Assembly (NCBI RefSeq): GCF_006345805.1 | Contig: NC_043009.1 | Span: 42,594,001-42,658,000 of the forward strand | Length of the DNA: 64,000 nucleotides | Reading direction: 5' to 3' | Source of the DNA: Octopus sinensis | Taxonomy: Eukaryota | In this document: positions 52,730 to 64,000 of the stretch, piece by piece | How the letters are laid out: each line of letters begins with the position of its first letter | Numbering within the stretch: the first letter of the stretch is position 1 | Position numbers and translations under genes: made by a program | Notes under the pieces: generated by a model | Seen by the model: only the letters and a program-made list of their open reading frames with translations | Database searches by the model: none | What the model was told of the DNA's origin: nothing

Positions 52730-53420
52730 ATGAAAACTCACAGCTTATTTTCCTGGGTATGATGGAAAGTGTCAGCTGTCCACAGCAAACAGACTAAGGT
52801 GACACTCGTTCATTGGTCATGCTTCAAGAAGCCTGCAAAGAATTCTTGCAGTTCCAAGCAATGCTGATTTTTGTCAGTGTTGTACCTTCACATTTGCACC
52901 AATCTTTTTCAGCCTTGTTAGTAGTTGAGGGCTGATGCTTCCAAGTGCACCAATTACTACTGTTATCATGTCTACTCTCTTCATTGATGACAACCTTCAT
53001 ATTTTCCACTTCAAATCATCATAGTTATTTATTTTTCTTCTTCTTTCACATTGATCCTGTTGTCACTGGGACATGCTATGTCAATAATCATACATATTCT
53101 CTCTTTCTTATTCGCCACAACAATGTCCAGTTTCCAATGTCTGGTCAGGTGATAACACTGGATCCTTGCATCACACAGGATTTTGAAGTCCTCATTTTCA
53201 GTGACTCCTTCTGGAGTTTTCTCATGCCACGTCTTTGCTCTTTGTAGGCCGTGATTTTCACAAAGCTCCCAATGGATCTTTCTTGCCACATTGTTGTGGC
53301 ATCTTTTGTATTCATACTGTGCCAATTTCAGGCATTTGCTAATGATGTGCCATACCGTTTCACCCCTCTCACCACATTTGTCACGGTTGGTAGTGTTGTG
53401 TATTCTTCACTTCATATAGT
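52730..53420 (-). mobile_element. R4/Dong-like non-LTR 3' part (CCHC knuckle and RLE), degenerate
   Basis: CGERGETVWHIISKC..LAQYEYKRCHNNVARKIHWELC...LDIVVANKKERICMIIDIACPSD; 3' end abuts (TTA)n. Confidence 0.85.
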
Positions 53421-53807
53421 TGGTCACTATCGGTAATGTTGCCTATTCTACCCTTAAGCAAGATATTCGAAGAGATGGCAGAAAGATGAATGTTCTGCGG
53501 ATAGATATGAATTGATGGGCAGACAATGTTATATGCATAAGCAGTTTAACTATCAGTTACCATGACTTGGTTGCTTGTACCATGCTTTCACTAATTTCTT
53601 TAGTTGCCCTTGTAGTTGTGAGTTGACACAAACACTCTCTTGGCCCTCCATCCCAAGATCCAGTGGAACATTCAGAAAAGGAAGCTGAGTAAACTGGAAC
53701 CATGTGGAATGAAGTCCCGCACTCAAGGACACAATGCTGGAGCAAGTTCAGGAATTGAACCTATAATCTAATAACTGCAAGGTCAAGATCTTAACCACCA
53801 GGCCAAA

Positions 53808-54063
53808 TCACGTGATCACATGGCCAACCAGACTATCAAATTTTACATATCACTGGTCACAATGTGTTTTGCATTGTCTTAGCCTTCAAATGACGCCACC
53901 CCGATGGTTAGGCAAGCAATCCCATCCCTGATCGAAGGGGAACTGGAGAGCAATGAGAAAAGAAGTGTTTCGCTCAAGAACTCAATGCATTACCAAGTCA
54001 GGAAATCGAACCCAGAACTTAGCAATCATGGGTGCAACAGACTAACCACTAGGCCACACGCCT
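53808..54063 (-). mobile_element. tRNA-derived SINE (family C-like head) with tcacgtga tail
   Basis: Minus-strand head tggcctagtggttag...gggttcgatttcc; same 3' end at 62597-62720 (plus). Confidence 0.7.
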
Positions 54064-55130
54064 AGGCAGATGACAGATGGGGTGGGGTGGGGTGGAGGAA
54101 GGGTCAGAGGTTATGGTAAAAAAGTGAAGACTGGTTCAAATCTTGATTGCATTTTCTTTATTTTTTGCATTGTTTATTTTTTTATTTACTACTACTACTA
54201 CTACTACTACTGCTGCTGCTGCAGCTACTGCTGCTGCTGCTGCTATTTCATAATTCTTTACCTATAATTCCTCGATCCTGATGATATTTGCATTTCCCTC
54301 TTTGTGCATTCAATATGTGTATGCATGTGTGTGTTTATATACATGCGTACATGCATGTCAGCTTGTGTATATATGCATGCATACATGCTAATGCAACAGC
54401 ACCTGTACAGTTTTACTTACCTATGCATGCATGTACCTACGCAAGGACATATTGCACACACATAAACATACACACACACAAAAACACAGACACACAGACT
54501 CATTCAATCACACATATATATATATATATATGTATATAGAAAGAGATAGGCACAGATAGATAGATACATACATATATATATGTATGCTTCTGTGTGCACA
54601 AAAACGAATCAAGAAAGTATACATGTATGTGAAGATACATTCACACACATACACATACATAAACATACAAAATCATTCATACACACACGCACACTTTACA
54701 TATATATATATACACAAACAGGTATGTATATATTTATATATGCTCCTACATATATGTGTGTGCATACACATATATGTGTATGTGTGTGTGTATATATATA
54801 TATATATATACACACATGCACACACGTGTGTATATATATGTATATATATATATAACTCTGTCTTCAGATTTCCTTTCTTTTTTTTGTACTGTGCACCCCT
54901 GAGGCCCGACCATTATGTTTATTGCTATTATTGTTTTCAATAATAATAATAATAATAATAAAAATAATAATGATAATAATAATATTCTTATTCTTACCAT
55001 CATCATCACATCATCATCACTCTCACCATCATCATCATTGTTCTCTTCATCATCATCATCTTCATTGCCATCATTGTCATCATCATCATCTTCAAGATCA
55101 AGACCAACAGCATCACCACCATCACCACCA

Positions 55131-55165
<35 letters not shown>

Positions 55166-56300
55166 TATTACAATCCTACATTCACACACGTACATAGAGT
55201 TAAGAACACTTTCGCTTTCAGTTCTCTGTAATGTTTATGTTTACCATATATGGTATGTCACAAGTATATTGTCTCTCTCTTTGACTGACCTTACTTATTG
55301 TCAGAGAAGGAGAATCTCTTTGATTCTTCATTCCATCATCACTCATTGATTGGCTAAGAATACATACTATTCTACAGCACCATTGTTGCAGACCAACAAT
55401 AAGAATTAGGCCCTGCAAACGGTTTCCTTGCAAAAGGAATAACACGACAGAATATGGTTTAAGAATATTCTCTAACTTTCTCCGGGCTCTTTGAGTTTTG
55501 TTCTATTGTGTACGCTGACAATGCAAAAGATTATATAATAACTCTTTTCTGTTATATGCTATTGATGTCTTGGATTATGGTAAAAGATAGAATCTTGAAT
55601 AAAAGCCCAAAGTTTTAGAATGCAACTGTCATCTAGAGGATAGCCCTAAATATGTGTGGCGGAAGGAATGGAGATTTGTGTGGTGCATGGGTGTACGTTG
55701 GATGAGAAAAGGTGAGGCAGAGAAAGAAGGAAATAGAGAGAGAGGAAGAGAAAGAAAGAAATAGAGACAGAGAGAGACAGAGAGAGAGAGAAAGAGAAGA
55801 ATGTGAGGGAGAAGCAGTGAAGGAAAGAAAGAGAAGGTAGTTCTCATCAGTTACTTACTTTCTCATCCTGGATACCATAATTCTCTGTTTATGTACACAA
55901 AAGCATTTTCATTCATTGTGTCTTTCCATGCACCATCATTGTATGCACGTATGCTGCCGCTTTCCATTCTATTGTGATATAGGTATGCATATATATATAT
56001 GTATATATATTATATATATATATGCACACACATGCACATATATACTATTTGTGTATGTACATGTAGGTAATAATATGCACATAGATATAAGCTTCTTTAT
56101 ATATTTTTGTATATAATTATGCATACATTCATTCATGTGTGTACATATATATATATATATATATATTATTTTACTGTGTGTGTTTGTGTGTGTACATGAG
56201 CACCATTATATGTATACATACTTCTGGTGCCTGGTTGGCCATCATGACATCATAGCAATAAACATACATATATATTCATATATATATGCCTATATATATA

Positions 56301-56350
<50 letters not shown>

Positions 56351-56431
56351 GTATGTATATATATATGTATGTATATATATATGTATGTATATATATATAT
56401 ATGTATATGTATATATGTATATGTATATATG

Positions 56432-56483
<52 letters not shown>

Positions 56484-56502
56484 GTATGTATATGCATATA
56501 TG

Positions 56503-56550
<48 letters not shown>

Positions 56551-56851
56551 ATATGCATGTATATATACATATATACATATATATATGTATATATATATAT
56601 ATTCATATATGTTATGCATACATGAATGCATATAGTGTATAATATACTCATGCATTCATACATGCGTTTTATGGTAAATATACACACCGCTCAGCAACAA
56701 AATACCTATTTATTATTTACTGACAATCATATGCTTCGTATTGTAATCTGACAAATATATATATATACACACACATACATACATATGTGCATGTATGTAT
56801 ATATATATATATATACACACATATACAGATATATTATATATATATATATAT

Positions 56852-56947
<96 letters not shown>

Positions 56948-57403
56948 TATATATATATATATGTATATATTTATATACCCATATATACAAATATATACAT
57001 ATGTATGCAACTGTTGTGTATGATCAAAGCATGGCAATATAGTCAGAAAGAACTACTTCAGTGGGTCTTTGTAGATTTATGAATGTATTGTGCATTGTTG
57101 ATGTTGCATTGATGGTGGTTTAATGATGATTGTTGCTTCCACATGCATAAGGTAACACAGAAGCTGGCACACAGGCAGTGAGTGGTTTTGTGGTTGTGGA
57201 GTATTGTTGAAGCCAGATGGCCAATGGTTTTTGCCTGTGAGTCTATTACATGATGCATGCAAGAAAAAAGTAGCTAAAACCTTAAAAACCATTTTTTTTT
57301 ACCAAAGAGGGAGTTTTTTCTTTGTTGTTTGCCATTCTAAAAGCAGCAGCCAAAATCGAGTGAGTATTGTCCTAAAAGGCAAAATCATGATTTTTTTTTT
57401 TTA

Positions 57404-58425
57404 TCTCTTGCTTGTTTCAGTCATTAGACCGCTGCCTTGCTGAGGCACCACCATGAAGAATTTCTAGTCAAATGAATTAACCCCAATACTTGTTTTCATT
57501 TTGTTCTTTTAAACCCTGGTTCACATTCTGTCACTCTCTTTTGCTGAACAGCTAGCTTACAGGGACATAAACACATGAACACCGCTTATCAAATGGTGGA
57601 GGTGATGGGACAAACACAAAGACACACAATCGCACATACATATATGTGTTATGATAAAACACTTGTCTCAAAAACAAAGGGCTATGAGTTCAAGTCCTAT
57701 GCATACAGAAAACTCTACTTTTTTTTCTGTTGCCCCAGCATGGCCGCAGCCTTCGGACTAAAACGCTTTTAAGGATTTAAGGATGTATAAGCCCCAATAT
57801 TAGACTATTTTCTTTTGTTATTGCACAGTAGTCGCTTATAAGCTTAAAGCTTATACACTTTTACTCATATACTTGACTGTGCCCATGCTAGAGCACTGCC
57901 TTTAGTCGAGCAAATCGACCACAAGACTTATTCTTTGTTAGCCTAGTACTTATTCTATCGGTCTCTTTTGCTGAACCACCAAGTTACAGGGACGTATACA
58001 CACCACCATCGGTTGTCAAGCAATGTTGTGGAGACAAACATAGACACACAAACATATACATGCATACACATATATATATATATATATATACATTTATACG
58101 ACAGGCTTCTTTCAGTTTCCATCTACCATTTATAACAGTAACATTTTAAGCACCTTTAATAATAAATCTATCTGATAAAACCTAGCTGGGCTAAAATTTA
58201 CAACTTCAACAGTAACACGTAATGGCAGAATCATTTGCACGCCAGGCATGATGCTGGGCAGCATTTCATTTGTCTTTGCAATCTCAGGTCAAATTCCACC
58301 AAGGTAGACTTTACCTTTTGTCCTTTCGGTGACAATAAAATAATTACCAGTTCAACACTGGAGTTGATGAAATCGACTTAACTTTACCCTAGAATTGCTG
58401 GCCTTGTGCCAAAATTTGAAACCAT
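57404..58425. mobile_element. Partial SINEs: A (57404-57620, minus; 57858-58128, minus) and B (58220-58425, plus)
   Basis: Diverged matches to other copies in the window. Confidence 0.7.
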
Positions 58426-58608
58426 TATTATTATTATTTCTGATTTAGGCAGAAGGCTAGGGATTTTAATAGGAGGGTGGTCTATGCCTCCAACCCCGGA
58501 ATTATTATGATGAATGAACAAAAGCTAGAATGACATTAATGAAAGTGTTCAAAGTATAACACTTGAAAGTAACGGGAAAGTGTATTTGATATTTCAAATA
58601 CTAGTCCT

Positions 58609-59070
58609 TCATCATCATCATTGTTTAACGTCTGTTTTCCAAGCTAGCATGGGTTGGACGGTTCAACCGGGGTCTGGGAAGTCAGGAGCCTGCACCAGGC
58701 TCCAGTCTGATCTGGCAGTGTTTCTACAGCTGGATGCCCTTCCTAACAACAACCACTCCGTGAGTGTAGTGGGTGCTTTTTACATGCCACCGGCACAGGT
58801 GCCAGGGGAGTCTGGTAGCGGCCATGATCGGTTGGTGCTTTTTACGTGCCACTGGCACGGAAGCCAGTCAAGGCGGCGCTGGTATCAGCCATGTTCAGAT
58901 GGTGCTTTTTACGTGCCACCGGCACAGAAGCCAGGCAAGGTGGCACTGGCATCGGCCACGTTCAGATGGTGCTTTATATGTGCCACTGGCACAGGTATTA
59001 CAACTACTATTTCCATTGATATTTATTTCGATGTTCATGTACTTGACTCAAAAGGTCTCCTCAAGCACAG
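58609..59070 (-). mobile_element. Non-autonomous RTE-tailed retroelement with four internal 62-67-bp repeats
   Basis: (ATG)n tail and ttaggaagggcatccagctgtagaaa RTE-type motif; repeat cores at 58772, 58834, 58901 and 58968; short tails of the same family at ~35181, 37729 and 46283. Confidence 0.75.
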
Positions 59071-60689
59071 CGGAAAGGAGAAAAGTAGGTGGATAGTAGA
59101 AGGAAAATGTGTACAGGATAGGTTGAAATGAGGCTCCATGAGGGTGGAGTTAGGAAGAGAAGAAGAGGAGGTGAGGTAGTGTGTGCTTGTATTGGTGGTA
59201 GCTTTGTAGGGGGTGGACAAAGCAGATGTGTGAGTGGAATGGGACATGGGTGTGTGGAGGTATGTAAGTGGTGAAAGGTGAAGTTATTTGTTTCAGATGT
59301 GTGGAAGTGTTAGTGTGTGATAGAGGTTGTGGGAAGAGGAACTGAGTAGCTGTGAATGTGATGTTACACAGGTAGTTTATTTTATTGACCTCAAGGGGAT
59401 GAAAGCAAAGTTGACTAGCTTTTCCTCAACCAGAATTTAACTCTTTATGCTCTCCAATGCTGTTGACTCTTCAATCATACATCAAGCTGCTCCTAAAAAA
59501 AAATGTGACATAAAAAAATTGTCAAATTTAACCCAAACACCCTGTGTATATAAACAATAGGCTTCTTTCAGTTTCTGTCTACCAAATCCACTCACAAGGC
59601 ATTTGTCAGCCTGAGGCTATAGTAGAAGATGCTTAACCAAGGTGCCAGGCAATGGGACTGAACCTGGAACCATCTGGTCAGGATGCAAACTTCTTACCAA
59701 ACAGCCATGCTATACATTTATAAACACATTCACATACACATACATAAACATATATATATGACAAGCTTTCTTCAGTTTCCACCTACTAAATCCGCCTACA
59801 AAGCATTGGTTAGCCTGAAGCTACAGTAGAAGACACTTGCCTAAGTTACAACACAGTGGGACTGAACCCGGAACCATGTGGTTGGGAAGCAAGCTTCTTA
59901 CCACACAGCCACACCAGCACATATCCACAAATAAGCTCATACATTCATACACTCGTACATACTGCACTCAAGAGATTTTTCAAGGTCAGTTTAACAGTGA
60001 AAAACTCTACAGAAACCATCAAATTAAATCCATCTCTATAACACATGTGCTACATATTTTTCAAAATAACTGTTTTGTTTCGTTTTGTTTTGTTATTTTC
60101 TTCTTTGTTTTTCTTACCTTCTTTTTTTTTTGTTTTTAGGTATCTTCCATGCAGTAACATTAGCAACTGTTTCGTTCCATTACTTAACCTGCGCAGAGAA
60201 CTAATGACAAATGTGATTTTATATATAAACAGAAAATTAATGGAAAATTGTCTTGAAACAAAATAGACAAAACAAAAGTAACTATTTCAAGTGAGATGGG
60301 TATTTGTTCGTTTCTGCTTCTTGTTTTTGTTTATCATCATCACCACCATCATCTTCATCATCATCATCATCATCATCATCATTACTAATATCATCATCAT
60401 CATCATCATCATCGTTATTATTATTATTGTTGCTGTTGTTTCGTTTTGATTTATTTGTTGGTTTGTTGTTTTTCCATGTATTTTATTTTATTTTATTTTT
60501 TTGTATTCTTGCTTTGCTTTCGTCTTTGATGAGAAGTCTTGCAATAGAATAAATAATCTTTAATGACTAATATACCCGACGGTGTTTTGTAAAATAGATA
60601 GAGATTTCTTCAAGAAAATTGCAAATACTATTTCTATTAATTAAAACAACTTGCTGGCAATCAAAACATTTCAAAACTATTTAATTAAG

Positions 60690-60696
60690 AAAAATA

Positions 60697-60742
<46 letters not shown>

Positions 60743-60829
60743 GTGACGATGCAAATAATAATAATGATTTGGAAAACAACAAAAACAAAAGACAATTGAA
60801 AAGTTAAATCAAAATGGAAATAAACATAA

Positions 60830-60867
<38 letters not shown>

Positions 60868-60893
60868 GAGTAATAATAATAATAATAGCAATG

Positions 60894-60926
<33 letters not shown>

Positions 60927-60983
60927 GCAATAATAATAATGATAATAATAGCATGATAATAATAATAATAATAATAATAAATA

Positions 60984-61015
<32 letters not shown>

Positions 61016-61045
61016 GCAATAATAATAATAATAATAATAGCAATG

Positions 61046-61079
<34 letters not shown>

Positions 61080-61117
61080 CAATGATAATAATAATAATGA
61101 TAATAATAATACCAATG

Positions 61118-61164
<47 letters not shown>

Positions 61165-61165
61165 C
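60690..61165. repeat. Long (TAA)n microsatellite block
   Basis: Read directly from sequence. Confidence 0.95.
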
Positions 61166-61467
61166 CCTTAAACACCTCTGGAGTTATTTCTATGTGATTA
61201 AATTTCTGAAACACGTTCTTGATAGAAGAAAAGCAACAGTTGCTGTTGAGCTCTGCTAATTTAGCTGTTTCTACTAACGATGGCTTAAATAATGAATACT
61301 TCTCTGTTAATTCGTCTATTTAGCACACTGCATCTGTTTCTTTGTTAACTAATAAACATAGTGCATATACCTATCTATTTATCTGTCTGTCTTCTTGTAT
61401 ATGTAAGTACATATGTTCATACGTATGTAAATATGTATGTATGTATGTATGTATGTGTGTATGTATG

Positions 61468-61552
61468 CCATTATTCAGTTTTATTTCAAGATTTCTTGCC
61501 AATAGAGAAAGAGCTGATTTCTAACCTAGATCCAAGGCCCCTTCATTAGAAT

Positions 61553-61553
<1 letters not shown>
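61468..61553 (-). mobile_element. 3' end of the (CATA)n-associated Dong-like element
   Basis: Reverse complement of about 8975-9060; adjacent to (TATG)n. Confidence 0.75.
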
Positions 61554-61591
<38 letters not shown>

Positions 61592-61628
61592 TGTGTATGT
61601 GTGTGTGTGTATATGTATACATATGTAT

Positions 61629-62095
61629 ACAGGAGTGGCTGTGTGGTAAGTAACTTGCTAACCAACCACATGGTTCCGGGTTCAGTCCCACTGCGTGGCA
61701 TCTTGGGCAAGTGTCTTCTGCTATAGCCCCGGGCCGACCAATGCTTTGTGAGTGGATTTGGTAGGTGGAAACTGAAAGAAGCCTGTCGTATATATGTATA
61801 TATATATATATATATGTGTGTGTATGTGTTTGTGTGTCTGCGTTTGTTCCCCTAGCATTGCTTGACAACCAATGCTGGTGTGTTTACGTCCCCATACCTT
61901 AGCGGTTCGGCAAAAGAGACCAATAGAATAAGTACTGGGCTTACAAAGTATAAGTCCTGGGGTCGATTTGCTCGACTAAAAGGCAGTGCTCCAGCATGGC
62001 CGCAGTCAAAATGACTGAAACAAGTAAAAGAGTAAAGAGTAGAGTATATATATATATATGTACATATATATATATATACATATATATATATACAC

Positions 62096-62149
<54 letters not shown>

Positions 62150-62544
62150 GTGAGTGTGTGGTAAGAAGTTTGGTTTCCAACTTCTTGGTTCCAGATTTAG
62201 TCCCACTGTGTGGCACCTTGGATATGTGTCTTCTACTATAGCCACAGGCCGACCAAAACCAGGAGAGTATATTTGATAGACAGAAGGTAAACAAACCCCA
62301 TCATGTGTGTGCGTGTGTTTGTTCCCTACCACTACTTGACAGCTGGTTTTGATGTGTTTATGTTCCCATACCTTAGTGGTTCAGCAAAAGGACTGATAGA
62401 GAGAATAAGTACTTAGCTTCAAAAAATATTTTTTAATCTATAGGGATCAATTCATTTGACTAGAATTCTTCTCAGTGGTGCACCAGCATGGCCATAGTCT
62501 AATGCATGAAAGAGGTAAAAAATAAAAGAATATATATATACATC

Positions 62545-62599
<55 letters not shown>

Positions 62600-62918
62600 C
62601 CTGCTCGATTAGCCAGTGGGGTGGCGTCATTCAAAGCTAAAAAAAAACATGTGAACGCATTGTGATCAGCGATGTGTAACAACATCTGATGGTCTGGTCG
62701 GTCACGTGATCACGTGATATATATATATATATATATGTGGAGGCACAATGGCCAAGTGGTTAGGGCAGCGGACTCGCGGTTGTAGGATAGCGGTTTTGAT
62801 TCCCAGACCAGGCGTTGTGAGTGTTTATTGAGCGAAAACACCTAAAAGCTCCACGACGCTCCAGCTATAGTAGAAGACACTTGCCAAAGGTGCCATGCAG
62901 TGGGACTGAACCCAGAAC
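61629..62918. mobile_element. SINE cluster: A (61629-62046, plus; 62147-62520, plus), tcacgtga-tailed 3' end (62597-62720, plus), D head (62737-62860, plus), A fragment (62864-62918, minus)
   Basis: Matches to other copies in the window. Confidence 0.8.
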
Positions 62919-63963
62919 TCCTTCTATATATATATATGTGTGTGTATATATGTATGTTTGTATGTATGTATGTATATATAAAAATCTCATTTGCTGTTCT
63001 CTTTTTTACCTTTTTTGGTATGACATTCTGTGATTTGTATTATTTGGTAAAGCTTCAAAGTTAAGAAATTTTCAAGAATTACCACCTTCATAATTTTATT
63101 CCAAACACATAAGCTGTGAGAGTGAATTGAAACCAAATCAGTTTTTTTCATTGCCCTACAGCCCTCCAATCTTTATCTAGAGTGATTGCCATTGTATAAT
63201 TAATTAAGTGTTCTTTATTAATTTGCAGAACTGAGATCAAGTCACACTATGTTTCGAGACCATGATAAAACACAATCAATCTGGGAATCTTGTTTTAACT
63301 AATTCTAACACCACTGCATTGCAGAATAGCGATACCTAAAATTAAAAAAAAACCGCATCATCATCACTAGTAGCATCACTATCAGTATCATCATCATCAT
63401 CATCAGAGTAGTCATTATTATCATCATCCCTATCATCATGTTGATGGTGCCTATATTATCCCCCTCATCATCACTACCACCACCACCACCACCACCACCA
63501 CCACCATCATCCTCACCATCACCACCACTGTCAACATCACACTTTTATTTGAATTTTAAAAAATTTGTTATATATTTTTTCTTTTTTTTTCAGTAATTTT
63601 CATTTTCGTTGTAAAATTTAGCATTTTTGTTCAATTTCTAATTTAGTGTTGAATAAATCATTTTTAACTTTGTCATAAATATCACACACACATACACAAA
63701 TACACACTCATATACACACATGCACATGTGTGCAGACACGCACACACATGCATGCATGCATATGCCAATGCATAGACATGCACAATCATGCAAATACACA
63801 TAGCAACATGCACACACACACACACACACAAATAAACATAAACACAAGCATATACTCACACTGACAACATAGTCCTTCTTACATTCACACACATACACTC
63901 TCACAGATTCACACACACTCACATGCATACATACATATACACACATCCACACATCCACACACT

Positions 63964-64000
<37 letters not shown>

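Overview
This is AT-rich eukaryotic genomic DNA, dense in microsatellites ((TA)n, (CA)n, (TATG)n, (ATC)n, (TAA)n). The repeat families resemble those I recall from octopus/coleoid cephalopod genomes; that is an inference, not a database result. I recognise no intact host protein-coding gene, and nearly all listed ORFs are microsatellite or SINE read-throughs. The window is dominated by decayed transposons: at least four tRNA-derived SINE families (about 40 copies), RTE, CR1 and R4/Dong non-LTR fragments, several Penelope-like (PLE) remnants, mariner elements and MITEs, hAT and pogo MITEs, Helitron/HINE elements, and a 100-N scaffold gap. The most interesting observations are: (1) an intact minimal hammerhead ribozyme in a PLE-type terminus with a perfect 102-bp inverted repeat that begins next to the cleavage site; (2) a SINE subfamily repeatedly joined to two fixed internal positions of its own family; (3) retroelements associated with specific microsatellites, (TAA)n and (CATA)n; (4) a 5'-inverted RTE insertion; (5) fold-back palindromes centred on (TA)n; (6) an apparent difference in CpG decay across the assembly gap. 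Boundaries of degenerate elements are approximate.
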